IMG/VR virus record: IMGVR_UViG_3300031251_000007
Location: 1 to 64,000 of that record
Length of the DNA: 64,000 nt
Direction: 5' to 3' (one strand)
From: a virus
Both the position numbers and the translations under genes were made by a program. The stretch's first letter is position 1. The number at the start of each line of letters is the position of its first letter. The notes beneath the pieces were generated by a model, which was not told the DNA's origin, did no database searches, and saw only the letters and a program-made list of their open reading frames with translations. Below, piece after piece: positions 17,672 to 27,318 of this stretch.

Positions 17672-20026
17672 ATGCGTATTGTCACCTCAGGGCTGAAATC
17701 TCACCCGCTCAGCATCGAGCTGCCGAAGTTGGCGTTGATCACCGCCGGAAATGGCGGCCACAAGACTGCCATCATCGACGCGATCAATTTTGCCGTCCTT
17801 GGTTACGTTCCCAGACTCGGCAAAGAGCCTGCGCGCACCGCCAAGATCATGAGCGCCAGCGCCCGCGAAATGCGCGTGCAGCTGACGCGCGACAACGGGA
17901 CGCAGATCACCCGCACGCTCACCCGCAAAGCGGACGGCGGGTTTTCGCGAGAGGTGCGTGCGTCGTGGGTGACGAGCAAGAGCGAGGACGAGCATCAGGC
18001 GGCGATCTTCGAGCTGTTCGGCGGGTCGGCTGTGGAAGCCGAAGAGGCGCTCAACATCACGGGCTTGATCCGCCTGCCCGAGAACCAACGACAGGCCCGG
18101 CTGCAAAGCCTAATCGAACGCGGGCAGGACACCGACGCCATCTCGGTGGCGGTCGCGAAACGGTGGACGCAGATCCTCGCCGACGTCGAGGACGCGCGCG
18201 TTCCGCCCGACTTCGACGACCCCGCTGGCGGCTCGCAGAAGATCCCCGGCTACATCCGGCTGCGCCCGCTGATCAACGGCTACAGCGATAACGAAGCGCT
18301 CAAGCCGCACACCGGCCAGTACGCATGCGCGGTCTACATGGCGGACGAGCTGTGGCCGAAGATCAAGCACGGCGGCATCGCGGGTGCGCTCACTTGGGCC
18401 AACGAAGAGAAGAAGAACGCGAGCGCGAGCCTCACCAAGAAGAAGCAGGCCCGCAAGGAGCTGTCCGAAAGTCTCGAGGCGATGCCCGCACCGGACGCGG
18501 GAGAGATCGACCGACTGGCCAAACGTGTCGCCGAGCTCGACCAGCAGATCGGCGCCGCAGAGGAGCGCGCGCAAGCGACCGCCCGCGCCGCCAAGCTGCT
18601 CAGCGATGCGAAGCTGCATCAGGGCGCGGCCGGGCAGGTGCTCTTCTGGGCGATAGTGGATCGCGTCATCTTCGAAGACGAACAGGCCCAGTTGCCAACC
18701 TGGCGCGCGCAGCTGCCGGAGATCATCGCGGCGCTCGACGCGTTGACCGCCCCCACCCTGCCCGACTTCAGCGAGGCTGAACGCTCAGAGCGTCAGGCGA
18801 CAGATGCGGATGAAGCTGCAGCCGCGGTCATCATCCCGGACGCGCTCGATCTGGCGCCGCTCAGCCAAGCGGTGCTGCGCGCGAGCGGTGCCCTGTTGCT
18901 GGCGAAGCAGTCCCCATGGGCACGCGCCGCAGAGATCGCCGCCGCCTTGAACCTCGAAGCGGTCGCTCTCGGCAAGAATAAGAACCTCGTCGTGAAAACG
19001 GCGAGCGCGCACATCGTCGAGTACGCGACCGAGCTGTCGACACTGGCCAGCACGCACGGCGCGGCCGATGTCGAGGCGTGCACCGCGGATCTGAAGCGGG
19101 CGGATGCGGCACTCGCGAACGCGGAGCGCGATGCGAACGTGTCGTCGACCGCGCGCACGGCCGCACTCGCTCGGCGCACTGCCCTGCAGGATGAAGGCAC
19201 CAAGGCGCGAGGCGCGGCCAAGGATCTGCGCGCCAAGCTGACCGAAACGTACGAGCAGGAGCGCGCGCTCTACCAGCAGCGCCAGGCCGAGTTGACCACG
19301 GAACGCGACCGGCTCCGCCCGCTCGTCGATGGTGCCACCACACGGGAGCAGTCGACGGCCGAGGCGGTGCGCGACGCCGCGCAGATCCTGATCGCCGCGC
19401 AGCAGCGCGTCGCCGATCTGCTCTCAACGCCGATGCCGAGCGGCACAGCATCACTGGTCGCCGATCTCACCACTGAGCGCACGGCGGCAGCGACGCGCCT
19501 CTCGACCCTGAATGCCACCCAAGCCACGCGCGACAAGTTCGAAGAGCTGGTGCGCGAGATCGACGCGCTCATGGCGGCCGAAGTGGTCTGCAAGGCGTTG
19601 GAGAAAGCGCTCCAGCGCGTGCGCAGCGAGGAGATCACCCAAGGCGCGGAGCCGCTGCTCTCGATTGTGCGCGACTACCTGAAGGGAGCGGGACGATCCG
19701 AATCGCCACGTCTCCTCGGATGGGAACGGGCTGGTGAACCGATCGACATCGAAGCGTTCTCCGGCGGCGAGTTTGCGCTCTTTGCCTTGGGCTTTGTCGC
19801 CGCGGTCGACATTCGGCGCGGGATCTCCCTGCGGCTGCTGCTGAGTGAAGCGGCCGAAGCCGACGCCGAGACGCTGGCGCAGATCATGATGGGCATCAGT
19901 GCAATCGGCGATCGCTTGACGGGGGCGATCATCGCCTCGCCGCATGAGCCGGCGCGCATTCCTCCGAACTGGGTTCAGATGACGCCGACGGGGGAGCGCA
20001 TCGAGCGCGGGAGGAAAGCGGCATGA
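17672..20026 (+). CDS. SMC/Rad50-like coiled-coil ATPase
   Basis: N-terminal TAGNGGHKTAIIDAINFAVLG, long coiled coil, C-terminal FSGGE signature and LLLSEA Walker B-like motif. Confidence 0.75.
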   Translation: MRIVTSGLKSHPLSIELPKLALITAGNGGHKTAIIDAINFAVLGYVPRLGKEPARTAKIMSASAREMRVQLTRDNGTQITRTLTRKADGGFSREVRASWVTSKSEDEHQAAIFELFGGSAVEAEEALNITGLIRLPENQRQARLQSLIERGQDTDAISVAVAKRWTQILADVEDARVPPDFDDPAGGSQKIPGYIRLRPLINGYSDNEALKPHTGQYACAVYMADELWPKIKHGGIAGALTWANEEKKNASASLTKKKQARKELSESLEAMPAPDAGEIDRLAKRVAELDQQIGAAEERAQATARAAKLLSDAKLHQGAAGQVLFWAIVDRVIFEDEQAQLPTWRAQLPEIIAALDALTAPTLPDFSEAERSERQATDADEAAAAVIIPDALDLAPLSQAVLRASGALLLAKQSPWARAAEIAAALNLEAVALGKNKNLVVKTASAHIVEYATELSTLASTHGAADVEACTADLKRADAALANAERDANVSSTARTAALARRTALQDEGTKARGAAKDLRAKLTETYEQERALYQQRQAELTTERDRLRPLVDGATTREQSTAEAVRDAAQILIAAQQRVADLLSTPMPSGTASLVADLTTERTAAATRLSTLNATQATRDKFEELVREIDALMAAEVVCKALEKALQRVRSEEITQGAEPLLSIVRDYLKGAGRSESPRLLGWERAGEPIDIEAFSGGEFALFALGFVAAVDIRRGISLRLLLSEAAEADAETLAQIMMGISAIGDRLTGAIIASPHEPARIPPNWVQMTPTGERIERGRKAA

Positions 20027-20670
20027 CGCGCGAACAGCTGGACGAGTTTCGCTCCATTCTCGGACGTTCGTTTCTAGGCGATCAGTACCCGCTGTGCTCG
20101 TTTCTCGGATGGACCGTGGCATTCGGACCGCATTCGCTCTTCGCGATTCAAGACACCGACGGCGAAGAGCTTCCGGAGTTGCACGAGGAGCTGCAGCGAT
20201 ATTTCCGGCTGAACGTGATCGGGCGCGTAGACTCGGCGTATTTGCGTGAGGTCGTCGGGACGCTCGAACAGATGACCGTGCAGTGCCCGAAGTGCGCCGA
20301 CGGCAAGCTGCCGCCCTGCGACGAGTGTACGGGCGGCGGCGAAGAGACGCACCAGTGCAATGAGTGCGACGAAAGCCACACGGCGGTCTGCAACGCCTGC
20401 GACGGCGCAGGGACGCAGGCCTGCGAGTGCATCGACGGCAAAGCTCGGACACCGCAAGAGCAGTGCCTCATCCTGATCGGTGACAAGATCTTCGACCGCT
20501 ACCGCCTCGCGCCACTGGTGGAACGACTGGAAGGCGCAACGATCGATGTATCGCTCATCGACGACGTGGTGTTGCTCTCCACGGATCAGACGCGCGCGCT
20601 CGTCATACGGATGCGCGATACCGACGCCGCATCGGCGCGACGACTCGAACTGGAGGCACTGCCCGCATGA
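20023..20670 (+). CDS. DnaJ-type zinc-finger protein
   Basis: CPKC..G, CDECTGGG, CNEC, CNACDGAG repeats. Confidence 0.65.
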   Translation: MTREQLDEFRSILGRSFLGDQYPLCSFLGWTVAFGPHSLFAIQDTDGEELPELHEELQRYFRLNVIGRVDSAYLREVVGTLEQMTVQCPKCADGKLPPCDECTGGGEETHQCNECDESHTAVCNACDGAGTQACECIDGKARTPQEQCLILIGDKIFDRYRLAPLVERLEGATIDVSLIDDVVLLSTDQTRALVIRMRDTDAASARRLELEALPA

Positions 20671-20996
20671 GCGCCGAGCGTCGCAATTCTTCCGTGGTGG
20701 TGGAGTCGCTCGTCAACGATGACCAAGAGCCTCTCGTTCAGGTCACATTCACGCGTGAAGGCGTTGGCACCGTAGTCCAGCTGACCGTCGCCGAGGCGAA
20801 GCGCACCGGCATGGACTTCCTTGAGGTGGCGATCGCCGCCGAGTCCGACGCGGCGGTGCTGCAGACGCTCTTTCACGACGCGCGCGGCGTGACCGAGGAG
20901 CAGGCCATGCACGTGCTGCGCGGGATTCGCCGCCGCCGCAATACCCCGATCGCCTTGGCGGTCGACAACAAGCCGAAATGCGGAGTGCCGTCGTGA
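20667..20996 (+). CDS. hypothetical protein
   Basis: Coupled ORF. Confidence 0.6.
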   Translation: MSAERRNSSVVVESLVNDDQEPLVQVTFTREGVGTVVQLTVAEAKRTGMDFLEVAIAAESDAAVLQTLFHDARGVTEEQAMHVLRGIRRRRNTPIALAVDNKPKCGVPS

Positions 20997-21177
20997 ACGA
21001 ATCGCATGCATCAGCGCGGAGGGCGCGGGGCGTACAGATGGCGAGGCCCCGGCGCCGTCTCAGTGGGGGCGTACGTAACAGGATGTATCCGGCTCATCGC
21101 TCTGGGTGTCTTCGGATCTCATGTGCCGAGGGGAATCCGGGATGCTGGCAAACCGGTCGCACCCTCCGCGGTGATGC

Positions 21178-21870
21178 ATGAGCAAGCGCCCGCAGAACGA
21201 AGAAGCAACCGGCTCGTTCATAGACGATCTCGACCCGGGCATCCGCGATACGGTCATGCTGCTGCGCGACCGAGGCTTCGAGACCACCGATTCGGGCGAC
21301 GGCCAGAGCAAGGACGGCTGCGGCGTCGCTGACGATAACGGCGTCGTGCATCACCTCGCCTTTCCGCACGTCGCGGCGAAGACGACCTGTCCGCATCTGT
21401 TCGAAGACGCCAAGCGGATGCAGGCGCTGCTGCGTGAGCACGGGCCCGACGGGCTCTCCGACTGGAGTGTCGAAGGAACATTCAGCCCGGACGGTGGTTG
21501 CACACTGTTCGCGCGAGCCAACCCGCCGGACATGTGGAACGCAATGCGCACCGCCATCTGGCGCGCAATCAAGCTCTATGCGGTCGCCAACGCCGAACCG
21601 CTTCGATCCACTTGCGCCGAAGAGGTGGACCGACTGCTGACGTGGCTTGTCATCGACATCGCGCTCCAGACGATAGAGGACGTCCGGTTTCAGATCGCTG
21701 CGCACGTTGAGAAGTTCCGCGATCGGCACCATCCGGACGACGGACCAGCGCGCAACGCGCTCACCGAACTCGCCCTAGAGATCGAAGACGGAGCAGACTT
21801 CCGCGAGACTCGAGTGCTTGATCGAAACGGCTTCGACGTCAATGCGATCCGCCGAGAGGGGCGGCGATGA
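21178..21870 (+). CDS. hypothetical protein
   Basis: LDPGIRDTVMLLRDRGFETTDSGDG conserved-looking N-terminus; coupled to the methyltransferase. Confidence 0.6.
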   Translation: MSKRPQNEEATGSFIDDLDPGIRDTVMLLRDRGFETTDSGDGQSKDGCGVADDNGVVHHLAFPHVAAKTTCPHLFEDAKRMQALLREHGPDGLSDWSVEGTFSPDGGCTLFARANPPDMWNAMRTAIWRAIKLYAVANAEPLRSTCAEEVDRLLTWLVIDIALQTIEDVRFQIAAHVEKFRDRHHPDDGPARNALTELALEIEDGADFRETRVLDRNGFDVNAIRREGRR

Positions 21871-23906
21871 GCGATCGTCAGCCCACAGCACTCCATCTCT
21901 TCTGCGGCGTCGGCGGCGCCGCGCTCGGCTATCAGCGCGCAGGCTTCACTTCGGTCGGCGCCTTCGACATCGACGCGCTCGCCTGCAAGGCGTTTGACTA
22001 CCTGACGGGTGAGAAGGCGACGCAGGCCGACCTCTTCGCGATGTCGCCAGCCGATCTCCGCAACGCGTGCACCGGCCGCCCCGACGTCGTCTTCACCTCG
22101 CCGCCGTGCAAGCCGCATAGCCGCTGCCTGCCGCAAGCGAAGTCCGAAGAGCCCGAGTACGTCGCCATGGCCGCGGTCGCGCTGCACTCTATCTGGCTGG
22201 TGCTCGAAGCCTGGGAGACACCGCCGCCGCTGATCCTGCTGGAGAACGTGCCCGGCATGCTCTCGCGCGGCAAAGACTGGATGCGCCACATCAAGGCGCT
22301 GCTGCGCTCCTACGGCTACGCGATCAAGGACGACCCGCACGACTGCGGCCAGCTAGGCGGCCTCGCGCAGCGCCGCAAGCGCGTGCTGCTCGCCGCGCGC
22401 CACATGGAGCAGGTGAAGGCGCATCTGCGTTTGCCGCCGCTTCAGCGCCTGCGCGGCGTCGGTGAAGTACTCGGCCAGCTGCCGGTGCCGCTGCCCGGCT
22501 CGAAAGAGGGCGGCCGCATGCACCGCCTGCCGCGAATGAGCGCCATGAACTGGGTGCGCCTGGCGCTCATTCCGGCCGGCGGTGACTGGCGCGACCTGCC
22601 GCCAGCTGTCGCGATCAACGGCGGTCCCGATCGCCACCATGGCGGGTACGGCGTCAACGACTGGGACGAGCCGAGCAAGACGGTCGTCGGCGCCGCCGAG
22701 CCGCGCAACAAGCCGGTGTCGATCGCCGACCCGCGTCTCGGCGATCGCGCCGGCCGGCAGAACGGCGGCTTCGGGGTCAATGAGTGGCCCGAGCCGAGTC
22801 ACGCCGTGTTGGCCGAGGGCACGGTGCGCAACACCTGGGCGAGCGTCGAAGATCCGCGGGTCAACGCGAGCCCTGATCGGCACACGAGCGGCCTCGGTAT
22901 CAACGAGTGGAAAGAGCCGGCGCGCACGGTGGTCGCGAAGGGACGCGTGCGCAGCGCGCGCTACTCGGTCCAAGATCCTCGTCTCTCCGACAAGGCGCGA
23001 CACAACTCGCAGTATGGCCTCGGCGATTGGGGCGAGCCGGCGCAGACGATCACGGCGAGCGCGCGCTTCGGCGGCGGCTGGTCGGCGATCGCTGATCCGC
23101 GCCTGGCGTCGACGCCGCGCAGCGACAGTTACGGCGTGGGCGGCTGGGACGATCCGGCGCACACGGTGCTCGCATCGGAGAGCCACGACAACAGCCGCGC
23201 GTCGGTTGCTGATCCTCGCATTGAGAAGCAGCGCCGCGAGGGCGCCGTCGGCGTCACCGGATGGGAGGAGCCGTCCACGACCGTCATCGGGCGGGCCATG
23301 GTGCAGAACGGGCCGTGGCAGGTCGCTGACCCCCGCCTCGGTCATCAGCCGCGCTCGGGCATCTTCCACGTCCAGGCCGGCGACGAGCCTTCGAACACGG
23401 TCATCGCCAGCGCGGGCAGCAAGACCGCTGGCGGCACGTTCGGCCTTGCCGATCCGCGCATCGATTACACGCCTCGTCCGGGCACGTATGGTGTCGTCGG
23501 TTGGGCTGAGCCGTCGCATGTCGTGCGCGCCAACTTTGCGCCGAACCGCGCTCCGTCGAGCGTTGCCGATCCGCGTATGCCCGAGATCGTCGGTCCCTCG
23601 ATCGACACGCAGAACAAACGACCTTGCTACCTGATCATCCAGGCGGCCGACGGCACCTGGCATCGGCCGATGACCACGCTGGAACTCGCGGCGCTACAGG
23701 GCTTGCCGATGATGGTCGACGGCAAATGGCTCGATCTGCCTGGCAACCACGAGCAGATGCGGGAGTTGATCGGCAACGCCGTTCCAGTGCCAGCGGCCGA
23801 AGCGATCGCACGCGCCTGCGCCGCCGCACTGCGCGAGGCCGGCGTCTTCACGCTGTCGAATGACGAGATCTGGGTCGCGCCGCCCGTTGAGGCGTTGAGC
23901 GTCTGA
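21867..23906 (+). CDS. DNA (cytosine-5) methyltransferase with eight internal ~40-aa repeats
   Basis: LFCGVGG, SPPCK, LENVP, Q.RKR, LAALQG, IGNAVP motifs; repeats G.G...W.EP..TV.......ADPR. Confidence 0.9.
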   Translation: MSDRQPTALHLFCGVGGAALGYQRAGFTSVGAFDIDALACKAFDYLTGEKATQADLFAMSPADLRNACTGRPDVVFTSPPCKPHSRCLPQAKSEEPEYVAMAAVALHSIWLVLEAWETPPPLILLENVPGMLSRGKDWMRHIKALLRSYGYAIKDDPHDCGQLGGLAQRRKRVLLAARHMEQVKAHLRLPPLQRLRGVGEVLGQLPVPLPGSKEGGRMHRLPRMSAMNWVRLALIPAGGDWRDLPPAVAINGGPDRHHGGYGVNDWDEPSKTVVGAAEPRNKPVSIADPRLGDRAGRQNGGFGVNEWPEPSHAVLAEGTVRNTWASVEDPRVNASPDRHTSGLGINEWKEPARTVVAKGRVRSARYSVQDPRLSDKARHNSQYGLGDWGEPAQTITASARFGGGWSAIADPRLASTPRSDSYGVGGWDDPAHTVLASESHDNSRASVADPRIEKQRREGAVGVTGWEEPSTTVIGRAMVQNGPWQVADPRLGHQPRSGIFHVQAGDEPSNTVIASAGSKTAGGTFGLADPRIDYTPRPGTYGVVGWAEPSHVVRANFAPNRAPSSVADPRMPEIVGPSIDTQNKRPCYLIIQAADGTWHRPMTTLELAALQGLPMMVDGKWLDLPGNHEQMRELIGNAVPVPAAEAIARACAAALREAGVFTLSNDEIWVAPPVEALSV

Positions 23907-23924
23907 TGCTGCTCGATCTTCAAA

Positions 23925-24065
23925 GGGAGCGCTGGCCGGGTGCTGATACACCCGACCAGCACCCTCCGACCACAGTCGTAGCCTGTGACCCTCGGGCCCA
24001 AGGCTCCCCCGCCTCGTACGAAGCGCGCGGACCCTATCGGCCCTCACTCCACGCGACAACAGGAG
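23925..24065 (+). ncRNA. structured leader upstream of the D12 adenine methylase (candidate D12-methyl RNA motif)
   Basis: Hairpin GCTGG-CCGGGTG CTGATA CACCCG-A-CCAGC and further stems in the ~165-bp intergenic gap; motif identity inferred from gene context only. Confidence 0.45.
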
Positions 24066-24070
24066 GGTCA

Positions 24071-24841
24071 ATGCGCAGTCCGATTCCATGGATGGGGAGC
24101 AAGCGGCGGTTGGCGGGGATGATCTTGGAACGACTGCCCGAGCATCGGTGCTTCGTGGAGGTCTTCGCCGGCAGTGCCGCGTTACTGTTCGCGCGCGACG
24201 AGGCCGCCGACGTTGAGGTGCTGAACGACATCGACGGGGACCTGGTGAACTTCTTTCGAGTGCTGAAGCATCACCTCGAAGAGTTCTGCCGCCAATTCAA
24301 ATACGCCATCGTCAGTCGGCAGATCTGGGAGTGGACCAAGGCCACTCCACCGGAGACGCTGACCGACATTCAGCGGGCGGCGCGGTTCTTCTACCTGCAG
24401 AAGCTCGGCTTTGGCGGGAAGCCCACCGGGCGCACGTTCGGCTACAGCCCGACGGCGCCGCCGAAACTCAACCTCGTGCGCCTCGAAGAGGATTGCTCGG
24501 CCGTGCACCTGCGCTTGTCGCGGGTCCTGATCGAACAACTCTCGTGGGAGAGCTGCCTCGATCGGTACGACCGGCCAACGACACTTTTCTTTCTCGATCC
24601 GCCATACTTCGAGACGGCCGGTTACGGCGGCGCGCGGTGGACGCGCGAGCAGTATGAGGCGATCGCCGTCGCGCTCCGAGCGATAGCCGGCAAGGCGCTA
24701 CTCACCGTCAACGACCATCCGGTGATGCGCCAGGTGTTCGCAGCATTCCCGCTCGAGCGCGTCGCGCTGAAGTACACGGTGGCTCGGGCCAGGGGTGACC
24801 GACCCAGCAGCGGTGAGTTGCTGATTCGGACGTGGAAGTGA
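24071..24841 (+). CDS. D12-class DNA adenine methyltransferase (Dam-like)
   Basis: PWMGSKRRLA, FVEVFAGSAA, NDIDGDLVNFF, FFLDPPY; RBS AGGAGG. Confidence 0.92.
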   Translation: MRSPIPWMGSKRRLAGMILERLPEHRCFVEVFAGSAALLFARDEAADVEVLNDIDGDLVNFFRVLKHHLEEFCRQFKYAIVSRQIWEWTKATPPETLTDIQRAARFFYLQKLGFGGKPTGRTFGYSPTAPPKLNLVRLEEDCSAVHLRLSRVLIEQLSWESCLDRYDRPTTLFFLDPPYFETAGYGGARWTREQYEAIAVALRAIAGKALLTVNDHPVMRQVFAAFPLERVALKYTVARARGDRPSSGELLIRTWK

Positions 24842-24851
24842 GGAGGAGTAC

Positions 24852-25466
24852 GTGAGCGACGAATCTGCCTCACGCGCCATCACCATCGTCACCGGCCTCG
24901 GCCGCTGCGGCAGCTCACTCGTCATGCGCATGCTGCACCGCGGCGGCATGCCGGTCGTTGCCGACGACTTCGCCTCCTACGAAGATCTCCGCGTCACGCT
25001 TCTTCCGGCGCATGCCGAGTGGCTGCCTGAATGCGTAGGCAAGGCACTGAAGATCCTCGATCCGCACGAGCACCTGTTGCCCTCGGCAATCTACGCCTAT
25101 CGCTTCCTGTGGTTGACTCGCGATCTTCGAGAGCAGGCGCGCTCACAAGTGAAGTTCATCCGCGCCAACGGCTTCCGCATCGAGTCGCAGGCCTGGCGCT
25201 GGACGGAGCGTGGGCTCGCCAAAGACGTCAAGCGGAGCATCGACGTCCTGCAATCGCGGTATCAGTCGTCCACGCTGCTGCCGATCCGCTTCGAGCATCT
25301 GCTTGCCCAGCCTGGGGCCGAGGCGCGCCGCATCGCTGAGTTCTGCGGCCTAGCGCCTGAGCGCGCGCCGATCATGGCCGCCTGCGTGAAACAGCGCACG
25401 CCGAAGTGCCTGCCGTACCTCATGGAGTACGAGATCGTGGCCGAAGAGGAAGCCGCTCGTGGGTAA
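24852..25466 (+). CDS. sulfotransferase-like P-loop protein
   Basis: IVTGLGRCGSSLVMRML (5'-PSB-like), WLTRDLREQARS (3'-PB-like), IRFEHLLAQP....RIAEFCG. Confidence 0.7.
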   Translation: MSDESASRAITIVTGLGRCGSSLVMRMLHRGGMPVVADDFASYEDLRVTLLPAHAEWLPECVGKALKILDPHEHLLPSAIYAYRFLWLTRDLREQARSQVKFIRANGFRIESQAWRWTERGLAKDVKRSIDVLQSRYQSSTLLPIRFEHLLAQPGAEARRIAEFCGLAPERAPIMAACVKQRTPKCLPYLMEYEIVAEEEAARG

Positions 25467-26013
25467 GGCGAGCCGCAGAAAGCGGGAACGCGAGCGCGCA
25501 AAGATGGACTTCGCCGTGTCGCGCTTCAACCTCGCGATGGACGCGCTCGCTGCCGATCCCTGCGAGACGTGCGCGTTTCGCGATCCGGAGGCGTGGATTG
25601 CCGATCCCGCCATCCCGCAAAAGCTCGCCGATGCGATGGCGCGCCACCAGCCGTTCTACTGTCACCAAGGGCTGGAGACGATCGACAACGTGTACCAGCC
25701 GGCGCCCGACCCCAGCACGATGAAGATGTGCGCGGGCTTCGCGCGGCTCTACCGGCGATTGGGCAGTCGGTCGGCGATAGAACAGTTGGCGGCGATTCGC
25801 GCGCTGCAGAGTGGTCTCTTGAAGCGGTACCTCACCACCGACGACGAGACGCCGAATCGTCTGCGCGGGCCTGGTGGTGTCGAAGCACTGGCCCAGGCGC
25901 TCGACGTCATGGCGGACCTACGCCGGCGGGGCATCGATCCTGAGACGCTAGACGAGCCGGACATCATCGCCGAGCTCGCGGCGGCAGAAAGTCGTGCGGG
26001 GGCTGTCCAATGA
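25459..26013 (+). CDS. hypothetical protein
   Basis: PCETCAFR...FYCH...CAGF Cys pattern. Confidence 0.6.
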   Translation: MGKASRRKRERERAKMDFAVSRFNLAMDALAADPCETCAFRDPEAWIADPAIPQKLADAMARHQPFYCHQGLETIDNVYQPAPDPSTMKMCAGFARLYRRLGSRSAIEQLAAIRALQSGLLKRYLTTDDETPNRLRGPGGVEALAQALDVMADLRRRGIDPETLDEPDIIAELAAAESRAGAVQ

Positions 26014-26711
26014 TCGAACGGCCGATCCTCTTCAGCGCGCCGATGGTCAAGGCGATCCTCGCCGGCACGAAGACGCAGACGCGGCGTGTGGTGAAGCCGC
26101 AGCCGGAGATGCTCAAGCCGCTCGGCCCGAACGGTACGCCGTGGCCCTACCGCGTCGGCCGGCCGATTGCCGATATGCCCTCGGCCCGTTTCCATGAGCC
26201 ATTTCGCTGCCCATACGGCGCGCCTGGCGATCACCTCTGGGTCCGCGAACACTATTTCGTCGCCGAGGTCACAGGCTGCGGGTCCGGTTATCCGTTCGTC
26301 GTGTTCGACGATGAATGGACGCAGGACGGGGGCGCGAAAGAGCCGTGCCCGACAAAGCTGCGCCCGATCACCGGCCAAAAGTGGGGCAGTCACGCCGGCT
26401 TTCATCTGCCACGCGCCGCGTCCCGCATCACGCTTGCCGTCGAATCGGTGCGCATCGAGCGCGTGCAGGACATCACCCTGGACGACGCCCGAGCCGAAGG
26501 TATTCCGCAGACCGCCGGCGAGGCTCAGGCACTAGGGCTGCATGATCTGACCAAGTCGCCAGGTCACGAGTGGGACAACCGAACGAGCGCCGAGAACTAT
26601 GCGCGCCTCTGGGATTCCATCAACGCCGCGCGGGGCTTCGGCTGGGATGCCAACCCCTGGGTTTGGGCGATCACGTTCCGTGTACTCGAGTCGAAGAGCG
26701 CAGCGGGCTGA
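26010..26711 (+). CDS. ASCH/PUA-like conserved phage protein
   Basis: ERPILFSAPMVKAILAGTKTQTRRVVKPQP...CPYG.PGD.LWVRE...RVQDIT..DARAEG...NPWVW. Confidence 0.8.
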   Translation: MIERPILFSAPMVKAILAGTKTQTRRVVKPQPEMLKPLGPNGTPWPYRVGRPIADMPSARFHEPFRCPYGAPGDHLWVREHYFVAEVTGCGSGYPFVVFDDEWTQDGGAKEPCPTKLRPITGQKWGSHAGFHLPRAASRITLAVESVRIERVQDITLDDARAEGIPQTAGEAQALGLHDLTKSPGHEWDNRTSAENYARLWDSINAARGFGWDANPWVWAITFRVLESKSAAG

Positions 26712-26732
26712 CCACCACTGAAGGAGACCGCC

Positions 26733-27227
26733 ATGCCATCGCCTCACATCGATCTGACGACAGTCCAGAGCAGCAACGTCGAAGCGGTCGGCTACGACGC
26801 CGCGACGCGGACGCTGCGCGTTCGCTTCAAAGGCGGCAAGGCGTACGACTATGCCGCCGTCCCTGCTGAGATCTATGCCGCACTGACGGGCGCCGCCTCG
26901 ATCGGCAGCTTTCTCGCCACGCAGATCAAAGGCACATACGTCGCCAGCCCGGTCGCCCCGGAGCCCGTGGCAGAGGCCGCCAAGCGATTCGTCAAGGCGT
27001 ACGTCGAGCACATCGAATCGGACGGCGCCGTGCGCCTGACGATAAACGCCGACATCGTGCGCGAGCTCGAGGCGCAGCCCGACGACTGCGAAGTGCACCT
27101 GCTGCTGGTGCAGCGTGACGGCAAGCCACTGGTCGACGTGCTCTATGACCGCGGCGCCGCGCCGTCCCTCAGCGTTGGCGGGTTGCAGTACCCCATGCCC
27201 AACCCCGATCCGCTCAGCCGCACATGA
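26733..27227 (+). CDS. KTSC domain protein
   Basis: VQSSNVEAVGYDAATRTLRVRFKGGKAYDYAAVPAEIYAALTGAASIGSF. Confidence 0.85.
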   Translation: MPSPHIDLTTVQSSNVEAVGYDAATRTLRVRFKGGKAYDYAAVPAEIYAALTGAASIGSFLATQIKGTYVASPVAPEPVAEAAKRFVKAYVEHIESDGAVRLTINADIVRELEAQPDDCEVHLLLVQRDGKPLVDVLYDRGAAPSLSVGGLQYPMPNPDPLSRT

Positions 27228-27290
27228 TGGGCGCACCGTGAGACCGAAGCGAGCCGCATTTCAGGGAGTACCGAATCGAGGAGCGCCCAG
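27213..27290 (+). repeat. upstream dual-repeat (TIGR-like) array, about 2 units
   Basis: CTCAGCCG cacatgatgg GCGCACCG tgagaccgaa GCGAGCCG catttcagg GAGTACCG aatcgagga GCGCCCAG. Confidence 0.7.
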
Positions 27291-27318
27291 AGTGCTGGGT
27301 GGTGAGGAGGACGCGGAG

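Noticed and set aside
23906-24070. N-terminal extension of the adenine methylase
   Set aside because: A strong RBS precedes the ATG at 24071 and family similarity starts there; the upstream part is better explained as a structured leader.
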